Assembly (NCBI GenBank): GCA_023623175.1
Contig: JAMNXU010000022.1
Span: 4,181-68,180 of the forward strand
Direction: 5' to 3'
DNA: 64,000 nt
Source: Bacillota bacterium
GTDB taxonomy: Bacteria > Bacillota > Clostridia > Acetivibrionales > JAMNXU01
This document shows, piece by piece, positions 46,791 to 56,509 of this stretch. The notes beneath the pieces were generated by a model. The model searched no databases and was not told the DNA's origin. It saw only the letters and a program-made list of their open reading frames with translations. A program made the translations under genes and the position numbers. Each line of letters begins with the position of its first letter. Positions within the stretch are counted from its first letter, which is position 1.

Positions 46791-47075
46791 TCAGCTCATT
46801 CCATTGTAAAAAGATGTTGCACCCCTGTAATCATGGGTATGCCTGTCAGCCACCAGTGTCACCCCGCTGTACATGTGGTAGTGTTTATCGCCTACATATA
46901 TTGCCGGACCCGTGGAAGAGCGGTACAAATGGGTATGGCCGTCATCCAGCGACGTTTCGCCGGACATAATATGGGTGTGTCCCGGAAAATCTTTTACACT
47001 GCTCGTCACACCCTGATAATCGTGTGTGTGGCCGTCATTGAATGAAGTTCTTCCTGCAAAGGAATGGGAATGCAT
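46791..47075 (-). CDS. YmaF-like histidine-rich repeat protein
   Basis: 94 aa with four repeats of (D)GHTH-x-Y / HTHDY spaced about 20 aa apart. Confidence 0.55.
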   Translation of the reverse strand: MHSHSFAGRTSFNDGHTHDYQGVTSSVKDFPGHTHIMSGETSLDDGHTHLYRSSTGPAIYVGDKHYHMYSGVTLVADRHTHDYRGATSFYNGMS

Positions 47076-47457
47076 TTATAACACCTCCCTTTTATATTAT
47101 GTAAACCTAATTATTGTTGTGATTTTTTTGCATACATTAAACAGATGTTTATTTAACTGTAGCTTTCGACAGACAAACTCCACTTGCAGGCTTTTTTCTG
47201 ATATTGCTTCAACCGGCAATCCCTGTATGAAAATTTTATAATTCCATTAACCTGATAGTCTTTTCAGCCGAAGTTTTATAAACTGATAACCTTTTGCCGA
47301 TGATCAGCGAAAAAGGCAAATTCCTGATTTTTTGGAACGAATGTATCATAAGATTGGCAAATTTCCAAAATCATTAAATGTTCAGAAAAGGCATAGTATT
47401 TAATAATGTTGAAGCCGGTAATGCCGAAAACGTTGAAGCGTTTTGAAAGGATTGAGC

Positions 47458-48513
47458 ATGAAGAAGTATTCGGTATCCTCCGCGAAAATTGCGGCAACAT
47501 ATATCGGGACAGTTGTAGGCGCGGGTTTTGCCTCGGGACAGGAAGTGCTGCAATTCTTCACCGTATTCGGACAAAAGGGTTTATATGGTCTCATTGCAGT
47601 CACCGCACTGTTTGCCGTATTCGGGTACATAATCATGGATATCGGGTATACCTGCGGATTTAATTCTTACCATGAACTGATCAGGTGCTCGGGTCCGCGG
47701 TTTATGAGCAGGATTTTTGATTTTACCATTATTTTTTTCCTTTTCGGAAGTCTCACCGTCATGATTGCCGGCGCCGGAGCCATTATCAGGCAGCAATTTA
47801 ACGTTTCCGAAATGTGGGGCAGCCTTTTTTTGGCGGTCATAACGGTAATGACAGTGTTTACTGGCTTCAGCGGCGTTATCAATTCCATCAGCGCCGTAGT
47901 TCCGTTTTTGCTGGTCGCCACAACCGGCGTGTGCATCCTGTCCTTTTTCAGGGATCCATTGCCTTCAGACATATCCACTTCCGGTCCTGCTGTCGCACCT
48001 CTAATTAACAACTGGGTTCTGGCAACGATACTGTACATTTCCTACAACACGGTTTCCTCGCTGGCGGTGCTGTGCCCGCTGGGAGCAGAGGCAAAAAGCC
48101 GCAGCGCCGTATATAGAGGCGCGGCGCTGGGAAGCATGGGTCTCGGCGCGGGAATGACGACCATATTTTTCGCGTTGTACAGGTTTCTTCCGGTGCTGAA
48201 AAATGTCGAGGTTCCCATGGCTTATATCGCGGGCCGTGCATCGGCTCTGTTCAAGGTGATGTACATTGTGGTACTGCTGGCGGAGATTTATACCACTGCC
48301 GTGGGAGGTTTGTTCGGCCTGAAAACAAGGGTTGCCGGATTTGCCGGAGTAAACTGGAAACTGGTGGTTATTGCCATAATGCTGCTGTCGTTAACCGCAA
48401 GCCGGTGTGGTTTTGCCAATCTCGTGCGCTATATTTACCCGATAATGGGCTATTGCGGAATCGTCATTATCGTAAGCCTGATGATTTCCAGGTATAAAAA
48501 GAAGTTTTCATGA
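47458..48513 (+). CDS. YkvI family membrane protein (transporter-like)
   Basis: About 11 TM segments. The N-terminal motif YIGTVVGAGFASGQEVLQFF is typical of the YkvI family as I recall it. The ATG at 47458 has AAAGGA upstream. Confidence 0.65.
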   Translation: MKKYSVSSAKIAATYIGTVVGAGFASGQEVLQFFTVFGQKGLYGLIAVTALFAVFGYIIMDIGYTCGFNSYHELIRCSGPRFMSRIFDFTIIFFLFGSLTVMIAGAGAIIRQQFNVSEMWGSLFLAVITVMTVFTGFSGVINSISAVVPFLLVATTGVCILSFFRDPLPSDISTSGPAVAPLINNWVLATILYISYNTVSSLAVLCPLGAEAKSRSAVYRGAALGSMGLGAGMTTIFFALYRFLPVLKNVEVPMAYIAGRASALFKVMYIVVLLAEIYTTAVGGLFGLKTRVAGFAGVNWKLVVIAIMLLSLTASRCGFANLVRYIYPIMGYCGIVIIVSLMISRYKKKFS

Positions 48514-48759
48514 GTGGTACTAAAGTGTCACGGCTATAAATCAGTTGAGGAAGCAGAGTCCCTCGCGGGGAAAATTACCGCACTTAACGGGGGATGCGTG
48601 AAGTATGAAGGAAAAATGATACCGGTCAAATTGCGAATTGGGATTAGCATGATACCTGGCGGAGGTCTGAGCTATAAAGAAGTCCTCGACAGGGTGCATA
48701 ACGCCATAGAGAAAGTTCGGCAGGATGGCGTTCCTGTCGGAGTAATGGAGGACATGTGA
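48514..48759 (+). pseudogene. probable remnant of a GGDEF domain (C-terminal half only)
   Basis: This 81-aa ORF starts with GTG directly after the ykvI stop. VKLRIGISMIPGGGLSYKEVLDRVHNAIEKVRQDG aligns with the last strands and helix of GGDEF domains, but no GGDEF motif is present. Confidence 0.35.
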
Positions 48760-48773
48760 GCCTGTTACGGGAT

Positions 48774-49412
48774 TTAAATGGCAAGAGTAGCAGGAGAGGA
48801 TTCCTCCTGAACTCCTTTTGGCGCTGCTTCGCCCATGGGTTCCACGAATGAATCATTTTCTTGAGATTCAAGGATCAGAAGCCTGCGAAAATCGCTTACA
48901 TATCCTTCAAACATGAGCACCTTGTTTTCTATGGAAAAAAGATCGCTCGTGCGCGTGAGTTCGGGTATATTGGTACCGCAATATACCCGGCTTTTTATTA
49001 ATAACTCTGTGACAAACTGGGAGCAAAAATAGCGGTTTTTCCTTTTTATCGGGAAGTTGAAATAAACGCCTATGAGACCTATAAAATTATATTTGTATTT
49101 ATCCTTTTTCTTCAGGAACTCTTCAACCATCCGATAAATCATTAAATACTGTTCCCCGGTTACCGTCACCCTGTACACGAGGCACTCGCACCGCGGGAAT
49201 TTTTTATAGACGCCTTCGTACAGGTTTTCCACCACTAGTCCGCCTGAAAAGGGATTGTCGGGATTTATCCTTCCAAAGGAATACATCCTGGTAAAGCTGC
49301 CGTCAAAGCTGATTGAGACATGGGCGTACTTAATATTGGAGAGTGCAAAAATCACTTTTGAAAGCCATGTTCCGGTTTTGCTGAAAACAAGAAAGATGTG
49401 TCTCTCGTTCAT
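48774..49412 (-). CDS. hypothetical protein, possible permuted papain-fold (NlpC/P60-like) enzyme
   Basis: 212 aa. YAHVSI comes early and YFCSQFV late, which suggests a permuted His/Cys catalytic pair. This is weak. Confidence 0.35.
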   Translation of the reverse strand: MNERHIFLVFSKTGTWLSKVIFALSNIKYAHVSISFDGSFTRMYSFGRINPDNPFSGGLVVENLYEGVYKKFPRCECLVYRVTVTGEQYLMIYRMVEEFLKKKDKYKYNFIGLIGVYFNFPIKRKNRYFCSQFVTELLIKSRVYCGTNIPELTRTSDLFSIENKVLMFEGYVSDFRRLLILESQENDSFVEPMGEAAPKGVQEESSPATLAI

Positions 49413-49534
49413 GCAGTCGTTATCGTCCCTTCGTCTGCGAGCGGCTTACAATGCCTATATGCTGCTATTATACAATAAAATCAATTAAATTTCTGCAGTT
49501 TGATATAAATTTAGTGTGCAAATCCGTATTTTAC

Positions 49535-49552
49535 ATGTTAAAATATTAACAT
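49535..49552. promoter_or_regulatory. Rex-like operator ATGTTAA-AATA-TTAACAT upstream of PFOR
   Basis: It sits inside a perfect 9-4-9 palindrome (49533-49554). It matches the clostridial Rex consensus TTGTTAA-N4-TTAACAA except at the two outermost positions. Confidence 0.5.
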
Positions 49553-49747
49553 GTAATGGCACAGTATGAATAAAGTCATGTATCAAAGATTAGAAATATT
49601 GATTTTTCTTTAAATTGACTGTACAATTAATGTAGCATAATGTATTTTGTATACAATAATAACTCTGTGGCTTTGCTTTACAAAATACTTACATAATGCT
49701 AAACTAAACTATTGTTGAATTATTGTCAGTGAAGGGGGCCAAAATAA

Positions 49748-52700
49748 ATGCCAAGACAAAAGCAGTCAATGGACGGCAATACCGCGGCCGCGCACGTCGC
49801 GTACGCGTTTACCGAAGTTGCCGCCATTTATCCGATTACACCTTCGAGTCCCATGGCCGACCTTGTTGACCAGTGGTCAGCGGCAGGCCGTGAAAATATC
49901 TTCGGCAACCAGGTCAAGGTTGTCGAGATGCAGTCTGAAGCAGGCGCTGCAGGAGCGGTCCACGGTTCTCTCGCCGCAGGCGCGCTTACAACAACGTTTA
50001 CTGCTTCACAGGGACTTCTGCTCATGATTCCCAACATGTACAAGATTGCAGCCGAACTGTTGCCCGGCGTGTTCCATGTATCGGCAAGAACGGTTGCAAC
50101 CCATGCTTTAAGCATTTTCGGAGATCACAGCGATGTTTACAGTTGCCGTGAAACGGGCTTTGCCATGCTCGCCGAAACAAATCCGCAGGAAGTAATGGAT
50201 TTGAGCGCTGTTGCTCACCTGTCCGCAATTGAAGGAAGGGTTCCTTTCCTTAGTTTCTTTGACGGTTTCCGCACATCCCATGAGATCCAGAAGATAGAGG
50301 TATGGGATTACGAAGATCTCAAGGAAATGTGCAACATGGAAGCCGTGAAGGCTTTCCGCGATCGCGCGCTGAATCCGGAACGCCCGGCAATGCGCGGTTC
50401 CCACGAAAACGGTGATATATTCTTCCAGCATCGCGAAGCATGCAATCCCGTTTACAATAATCTGCCTTCAGTAGTCAAGAAATACATGGACATGGTCAAC
50501 AAAAAGATCGGGACAAATTATGACCTGTTCAACTATTACGGCGCTCCCGACGCAGACCGTGTCATAGTTGCCATGGGCTCCGTCTGCGATGTAATCGAGG
50601 AGGTTATTGATTACCTCAACGCAAGAGGAGAAAAAGTTGGACTCATCAAGGTCCGCCTGTATCGTCCGTGGGTATCTGAAAGCTTCCTCAAGGCCCTTCC
50701 GAAGACCGCGAAGAAGGTAGCGGTTCTCGACCGCACAAAGGAACCCGGTGCACTGGGCGAGCCGTTGTATCTTGACGTTGCCACAACGCTCCGCGAAGCA
50801 GGTCTCAATGATATCATACTGACGGGCGGACGCTACGGACTCAGTTCCAAGGATACTCCTCCGTCTTCCATATTTGCAGTCTACACCGAGTTGAGCAAGG
50901 ACGATCCGAAACGCCGCTTCACAATCGGTATCGTGGATGACGTTACAAACCTGAGCCTGCCTGAAGTCAAGCCCGCGCCCATTACAGCCGCTCCAGGAAC
51001 GATAGAATGCAAGTTCTGGGGAATCGGCGGCGACGGAACCGTAGGCGCCAACAAGAACTCCATAAAGATCATAGGAGACCATACGGACAAGTATGTCCAG
51101 GCATACTTCCAGTATGACTCAAAGAAAACGGGCGGTATAACGATATCCCACCTGAGGTTCGGAGACAGGCCGATAAAGAGCTCATACTACGTCAACCAGG
51201 CGGATTTCGTAGCATGCCACAACCCGTATTATATGCTGAAGGGCTACAAGATAGTTCAGGACGTCAAGCCCGGCGGTATATTCCTTATCAACTGCCAGTG
51301 GTCCGACGAGGAACTTGGTGAAAAGCTTAACGCGGAAACCAAGAGATATATAGCCAAAAACAACATTCAGCTTTACACGATCAATGCCATAGATATCGCC
51401 AATGAAATCGGCATGGGCAAACGCACCAACACGATTCTCCAGGCTGCGTTCTTCAAGCTTGCAAATATCATGCCCATAGATGAAGCCGTCAGGTTTATGA
51501 AGGATGCCGCAAAGAAGACCTACGGCAGAAAAGGCGAAGCAGTAGTTGAAATGAACTACAAGGCAATTGATGCCGGCGTTAACGCAATTCACAAGGTGGA
51601 AGTTCCCGCATCATGGGCTGACGCCGTGGATGAACCGGTTAAAGAGGAAATTAAAGGCCGTCCGGCTACGGTGAAAATGGTTGAAGATCTGCTGATACCG
51701 ATCAGCCTGATGGACGGTGACAGCCTGCCGGTATCCGCCTTTGTGGACAATCCTGACGGACAGTTTGAACTCGGCGCTTCTGCCTATGAAAAACGCGGTA
51801 TAGCCGTGAATGTGCCCGAATGGGATCCGGAAGCCTGCACACAGTGTAACATGTGCGCATTTGTATGCTCCCATGCCACGATTCGTCCTTTCATGCTCAG
51901 CGAGGACGAAGTAAAGGCGGCTCCTGCCGGAATCAAGCTTGCTGACACGAAACCCAGGGCAAGCGAATACAAGTTTACAATGTCCGTATCACCCATGGAC
52001 TGCATGGGCTGCGGCGAATGCGTAACCGTATGTCCTGTTAAGACCAAGGCTATCAAGATGGTTCCCAGGGAAACCCAGCTTGATCAGCAGCCCGTATTCG
52101 ACTACCTTGTCGCAAACGTGGGCAGAAAACCTACAGCGCCGCCTGATACGACGGTCAAGGGTTCGCAGTTCAACCAGCCTCTGCTTGAGTTCTCGGGCAG
52201 CTGCGCAGGTTGTGCTGAAACTTCCTATGCGCGCCTGATCACCCAGCTGTTCGGCGAGCACATGTATATTTCCAATGCCACCGGATGCTCGTCCATCTGG
52301 GGAGGTCCCGCAGCGGCATGCCCGTACACGGTTAACAAGGACACGGGCAGAGGTCCCGCATGGGCTAACTCGCTGTTCGAAGACAACGCAGAGCATGGCT
52401 TCGGAATTTACCTCGGGCAAAAGGTTATTCGCGAACAGCTGATTTCGAAGCTTGAAAAGCTCGCCGCATCGGATAAGGCGTCGGAAGCACTCAAGACCGC
52501 CATTGCCAGGTTCATGGAAACCAAGGATAATACGAGAGCGAACGCCCTCGCCACCGAAGCATTGATTCCCGAGCTTGAAAAAGCTGCAGCTGCCGGCTGC
52601 GAGATTGCTAAGGACATACTCGACAAGAAGCAGTATCTTTCCAAGAAATCTATCTGGATCCTCGGCGGCGACGGATGGGCTTATGATATAGGCTTCGGAG

Positions 52701-53302
52701 GTCTCGACCATGTGATTGCTTCGGGCGAAGACGTAAATATCCTGGTATTTGATACCGAAATGTATTCAAATACCGGAGGACAGACTTCCAAGGCGTCCAA
52801 TATCGGAGAAGTCTGCCAGTTTGCGGCTTCGGGCAAGGAAGTAGCCAAGAAGAATCTCGCAGAGATTGCAATGAGCTATGGCTACGTGTATGTGGCCCAG
52901 ATCGCCCTTGGCGCGAACCCGGCCCATACCATCAAGGTTCTTCTTGAGGCCGAAGCTTACAAGGGACCGTCGCTCATTATCGGGTATGCTCCCTGCGAGC
53001 TCCACGGAATCAAGGGCGGCATGAATCACTGCCAGGATGAAATGAAGAAGGCCGTAGCTTCCGGCTACTGGAACCTGTTCAGCTACAACCCGGCTCTCAA
53101 GGCTGAAGGAAAGAATCCGTTCACATTGTCTTCCAAGCCGGATTTTGCAACCTACCAGGAATTCCTGAACAACGAAACGCGTTACGCGAGCCTGGCACGC
53201 TCGTTCCCTGAACGCGCTTCAAGGCTGTTCGAACAGTCAGAAAAGGCTGCAAGGGAGCGCTATGAACACCTGCTCAAATTGGTGGAACTGTACGGTAAAT
53301 AA
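49748..53302 (+). CDS. nifJ: pyruvate:ferredoxin (flavodoxin) oxidoreductase
   Basis: 1184 aa. The single-polypeptide PFOR has two ferredoxin-type CxxCxxCxxxCP motifs and a TPP-binding GGDGW...D region. A GAAGGGGG RBS precedes the start. Confidence 0.95.
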   Translation: MPRQKQSMDGNTAAAHVAYAFTEVAAIYPITPSSPMADLVDQWSAAGRENIFGNQVKVVEMQSEAGAAGAVHGSLAAGALTTTFTASQGLLLMIPNMYKIAAELLPGVFHVSARTVATHALSIFGDHSDVYSCRETGFAMLAETNPQEVMDLSAVAHLSAIEGRVPFLSFFDGFRTSHEIQKIEVWDYEDLKEMCNMEAVKAFRDRALNPERPAMRGSHENGDIFFQHREACNPVYNNLPSVVKKYMDMVNKKIGTNYDLFNYYGAPDADRVIVAMGSVCDVIEEVIDYLNARGEKVGLIKVRLYRPWVSESFLKALPKTAKKVAVLDRTKEPGALGEPLYLDVATTLREAGLNDIILTGGRYGLSSKDTPPSSIFAVYTELSKDDPKRRFTIGIVDDVTNLSLPEVKPAPITAAPGTIECKFWGIGGDGTVGANKNSIKIIGDHTDKYVQAYFQYDSKKTGGITISHLRFGDRPIKSSYYVNQADFVACHNPYYMLKGYKIVQDVKPGGIFLINCQWSDEELGEKLNAETKRYIAKNNIQLYTINAIDIANEIGMGKRTNTILQAAFFKLANIMPIDEAVRFMKDAAKKTYGRKGEAVVEMNYKAIDAGVNAIHKVEVPASWADAVDEPVKEEIKGRPATVKMVEDLLIPISLMDGDSLPVSAFVDNPDGQFELGASAYEKRGIAVNVPEWDPEACTQCNMCAFVCSHATIRPFMLSEDEVKAAPAGIKLADTKPRASEYKFTMSVSPMDCMGCGECVTVCPVKTKAIKMVPRETQLDQQPVFDYLVANVGRKPTAPPDTTVKGSQFNQPLLEFSGSCAGCAETSYARLITQLFGEHMYISNATGCSSIWGGPAAACPYTVNKDTGRGPAWANSLFEDNAEHGFGIYLGQKVIREQLISKLEKLAASDKASEALKTAIARFMETKDNTRANALATEALIPELEKAAAAGCEIAKDILDKKQYLSKKSIWILGGDGWAYDIGFGGLDHVIASGEDVNILVFDTEMYSNTGGQTSKASNIGEVCQFAASGKEVAKKNLAEIAMSYGYVYVAQIALGANPAHTIKVLLEAEAYKGPSLIIGYAPCELHGIKGGMNHCQDEMKKAVASGYWNLFSYNPALKAEGKNPFTLSSKPDFATYQEFLNNETRYASLARSFPERASRLFEQSEKAARERYEHLLKLVELYGK

Positions 53303-53371
53303 TAGCTTTTAATTGCAGATGGCGTTTTCCGCAGAAGCGCAGTGGAAAACGCTGTCTGCATGTCAATAAGG

Positions 53372-53410
53372 AAAATCGCCGCACCGTCCCCAGGGCAGTG
53401 CGGCGATTTT
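53372..53410 (+). terminator. terminator hairpin after PFOR
   Basis: AAAATCGCCGCAC pairs with GTGCGGCGATTTT as a perfect 13-bp stem around a 13-nt loop. Confidence 0.7.
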
Positions 53411-53433
53411 CGCAATTGATAAGGAGGTACGAC

Positions 53434-54060
53434 ATGCTGGACAAATCCATTCCCCATATCCGCGTGATAATGGTGAAATCCGATACGGCTGATTACCCGC
53501 GCTTTGAACTGCCGGAAGGTTTTGTTTTCAGGGGATATGAACCGGGGTTTGAAAACGCGTGGGCGGAGCTGATTTTTGAAACAGAGCAGGCTGAAACTCT
53601 CGAAAAGGCCCGGGAGATTTTCACGAAGGAATTTCTGGAGTCGCCGGAAGACCTGGAAAGGAGATGCCTTTTCGTGATCGAAGAAAGCAGCGGCAGGATT
53701 GCAGCGACCGCTTCGCTCTGGTATGGCGACCTCTTCGGCGAAGTCATGCAGCGCATTCACTGGGTGGCTACCCGTCCCGAATACCAGGGCAAAGGCCTCG
53801 TGAAAGCCTTGATGACGAGGCTCCTTGATATTTACAATGAACTGGGCTGCAAAGGATTCATATACCTGACTTCCCAAACATGGAGCTACAAGGCGCTAAA
53901 TTTATATTCCCGGTTTGGTTTCAGGCCGTACCTGGGACCGAAACCAGTCAACTGGAAGTACGATGATCCGGGCGATTTTGAGAAAAAGAACGAGGAAGCC
54001 TGGAAACTGGTGGAAATGAAAATCAGCGGGTATGAAAAGGCAAAGACCAGCGGGTATTGA
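53434..54060 (+). CDS. GNAT family N-acetyltransferase
   Basis: The ATG at 53434 has an AAGGAGG RBS. The acetyl-CoA motif reads ATRPEYQGKGLVKALM. The ORF track starts at 53398, inside the terminator. Confidence 0.8.
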   Translation: MLDKSIPHIRVIMVKSDTADYPRFELPEGFVFRGYEPGFENAWAELIFETEQAETLEKAREIFTKEFLESPEDLERRCLFVIEESSGRIAATASLWYGDLFGEVMQRIHWVATRPEYQGKGLVKALMTRLLDIYNELGCKGFIYLTSQTWSYKALNLYSRFGFRPYLGPKPVNWKYDDPGDFEKKNEEAWKLVEMKISGYEKAKTSGY

Positions 54061-54081
54061 AAAAAACGGGTAAGAAAAAGC

Positions 54082-54130
54082 AACGGGCAGAAGTAACCAC
54101 ATTCTGCCCGTTTATTTATTTTTTTATTTA
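54082..54130 (+). terminator. rho-independent terminator
   Basis: AACGGGCAGAA pairs with TTCTGCCCGTT as a perfect stem, followed by TATTTATTTTTTTATTT. Confidence 0.85.
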
Positions 54131-54185
54131 TATTTTTTGAATAATTTGATAAAATCAGTGATAATGATATTTTGAGGTGGCTTTG

Positions 54186-56102
54186 ATGCATAACCGTGTT
54201 TCCAAGTATATTAACATAATTGTTATCACCTTCATCCTGTTTTCCCTGGTTTTTTCGTCAGTAACCTCATCTGCCGAAAACCGATCATTCGAAATTACCG
54301 AATACACGATTGACGTCACAATAAAACCCGATGGATCAGCCGATATTAAAGAGACGCTTGTTTACGATTTTGACGGAGAATTCAACGGTGTGCTCAGGGA
54401 CGTGGATTTCATGGCTACCGGCGGACTGGAAAATCCCGGAGTTTACGTGGAGAAAAAAGGCGTTTTGCATGAACTTAAGCTCAATTCCACCGACAATCTT
54501 GACGCAGGCGGAGAAAATGGGACATATAACCTTGTCAGGGAAAATGATATAGCCCATTTCAAAATATTTGAGAAATCGCGGGACGAAAAGAAAAAATTCG
54601 TAATTAGCTACACGTTCAGGGACGTGGTCACAAAATACAATGACATAGCCGAATTTAACAGAAAAATTGTTGACTCCGGCTGGGAGGTCAGGCTCAACAA
54701 CGTCACCATCAATTTTGAAATCCCGGAAGGCGCGCTTCGCGAAGAAATCATGGTATTTGGCCATGGTTCGCTGCTCGGGGAGTCAAAAATAATTGACGAA
54801 AGGCATGTGCAGTTTACGGTGCCCTATGTCAACCCCGGCGAAACGGTGGAGACGCTCGTGCTGTTTCCCCCAAGGCTGGTGCCCCAGGCGCTGAAGATTC
54901 AGAACAGGGACATGCTGCCGTTTATACTGGAAAATGAAGCTCAGCTTGCCGAGGAATCCAACCGTATCAGGAACGAGGCGCGCAGGCGCATTGAGCGCGA
55001 GAACACGAGGAAGCTTGTCGGCAACGGCATCAGCACTGTATTTATTATTGCCTGGTTTATTATTCTCTTCCTGCTCTACAGGAAATATGACAGGGAACCC
55101 AAACCAACCTTTGAAGGCAAGTACTACAGGGAGCTTCCCGGCGAGTACACGCCCGCGGAAATGAGCTGCCTGCTTTCCATGGGAAATGTAAGCACAAGGG
55201 ACATCACGGCTACGTTAATGGACCTCGTGAGGAAAAAACAGCTGCTTTTGAAAAATGAAAAAAGCATAAAAAAGGGATTATTCAGGAGCAGGGAAGTAAA
55301 TGAATATATCGTGTCGATAAATCCCAACGCTCCGGCTCAAAAACTCAAAAGCCACGAAGCATTTCTTATTGACTGGTTCATAGGCACCATAGGCGACGGA
55401 ACAAGCGTAAGACTTGACGAGATTGCCCAATATGCAAAAACCGCTTCAAAAGCAAGGCGTTTCAAGAAGGATTATGACCGGTGGTGCGAACTTGCGAAGG
55501 AAGAGGCCGAAAAGAACGGTTTCTTCGATCACACCTGTCGAAAGGGCTCGAAAATAGGAATGCTGATCTCGATTGCATACCTTGCGCTGGGAATACTGAT
55601 TCTATCGGCATTCAATGCCATAGGCGGATTTTTCATGATGGTGCAGTTCGTATTTTTGATTATCTTTTCCGCGAGAATAAACAGGCGAACCCAATACGGA
55701 AGCGAACAAAAGGCAATGTGGGATGCCTTCAGGAATTTCCTCAGGGATTTCAGCAGCATGGACAAGGCAGAAATGCCGTCAATTGTTATCTGGGAGTACT
55801 ATCTTGTCTATGCCGTTTCGCTGGGAGTCGCAAAACAGGTTATTAAGCAGCTGCCCCTGGTGCTGAGGGAAGAGGAACTGCAGGATCCGCGCCTGACCTA
55901 TATGTATAGTTTCGGTGTCCATAACTCGTTCAATTCGCTCAGCAACGCTCTTGACAGAACCATTGATTCAGTGGACAGCGCAATTAACAATGCCATGGCC
56001 GTGGCCAACTCCACGCTGTCGTCCAAGACCGGCGGCGGAGGAGGTTTCAGCACAGGAAGTTCCGGGGGAGCCGGGGGAAGAGGAGGCGGCGGCGCTTTCT
56101 GA
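54186..56102 (+). CDS. DUF2207-like membrane protein with glycine-rich C-terminus
   Basis: It has a signal or anchor, an ectodomain of about 250 aa, several TM segments and a GGGGGFSTGSSGGAGGRGGGGAF tail. The ATG at 54186 lies 6 nt after GAGGTGG. Confidence 0.65.
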   Translation: MHNRVSKYINIIVITFILFSLVFSSVTSSAENRSFEITEYTIDVTIKPDGSADIKETLVYDFDGEFNGVLRDVDFMATGGLENPGVYVEKKGVLHELKLNSTDNLDAGGENGTYNLVRENDIAHFKIFEKSRDEKKKFVISYTFRDVVTKYNDIAEFNRKIVDSGWEVRLNNVTINFEIPEGALREEIMVFGHGSLLGESKIIDERHVQFTVPYVNPGETVETLVLFPPRLVPQALKIQNRDMLPFILENEAQLAEESNRIRNEARRRIERENTRKLVGNGISTVFIIAWFIILFLLYRKYDREPKPTFEGKYYRELPGEYTPAEMSCLLSMGNVSTRDITATLMDLVRKKQLLLKNEKSIKKGLFRSREVNEYIVSINPNAPAQKLKSHEAFLIDWFIGTIGDGTSVRLDEIAQYAKTASKARRFKKDYDRWCELAKEEAEKNGFFDHTCRKGSKIGMLISIAYLALGILILSAFNAIGGFFMMVQFVFLIIFSARINRRTQYGSEQKAMWDAFRNFLRDFSSMDKAEMPSIVIWEYYLVYAVSLGVAKQVIKQLPLVLREEELQDPRLTYMYSFGVHNSFNSLSNALDRTIDSVDSAINNAMAVANSTLSSKTGGGGGFSTGSSGGAGGRGGGGAF

Positions 56103-56509
56103 GCAATGCTGCCGGGATTATGTAAGATTATACTGTGTTTTTCTGCAGGATAATACCTGCCCGGGGAATTTCTTAACCGGGGAATTATCTTAAAATGAAA
56201 TATAATATAAAATTTGAACTTATAACAATCTGAATTCAAATGGAACAAAGAAATTATGCCGTACATTGCTCTGCCCGTGGAAATAACCGGATTAATAGGA
56301 AAATAAAAATTTCGACTAAAACTAATTAGAAAATATAAATTTAAATTAAAAATTAAACAAAATTAATCAAAAATATAAATTTGAATTTAAAAAATAAAAC
56401 AAAATTTAATAAATATTCATTGACTTTAACAATTTTCATAAAAATACAAATTTTGAGAAACCAAACACAAAACGGCGTTTCGCCAATGAAAAACAAGGAG
56501 GAAGATAAC

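Noticed and set aside
50468-52711. Antisense ORFs within PFOR (50468-51082, 51182-51592 and 51989-52711, minus strand)
   Set aside because: They are shadow ORFs opposite a 1184-aa gene that is conserved over its whole length.
53260-53877. 205-aa ORF antisense to the GNAT gene, overlapping the PFOR stop
   Set aside because: The GNAT frame has the acetyl-CoA motif and an AAGGAGG RBS. The antisense ORF crosses a terminator hairpin.
56381-56509. Upstream extension of the LemA ORF, and the 110-aa minus-strand ORF 56353-56685
   Set aside because: Both run through nearly pure A/T DNA, giving Asn/Lys/Ile/Phe-rich translation. A strong AAGGAGG RBS defines the LemA start at 56510.
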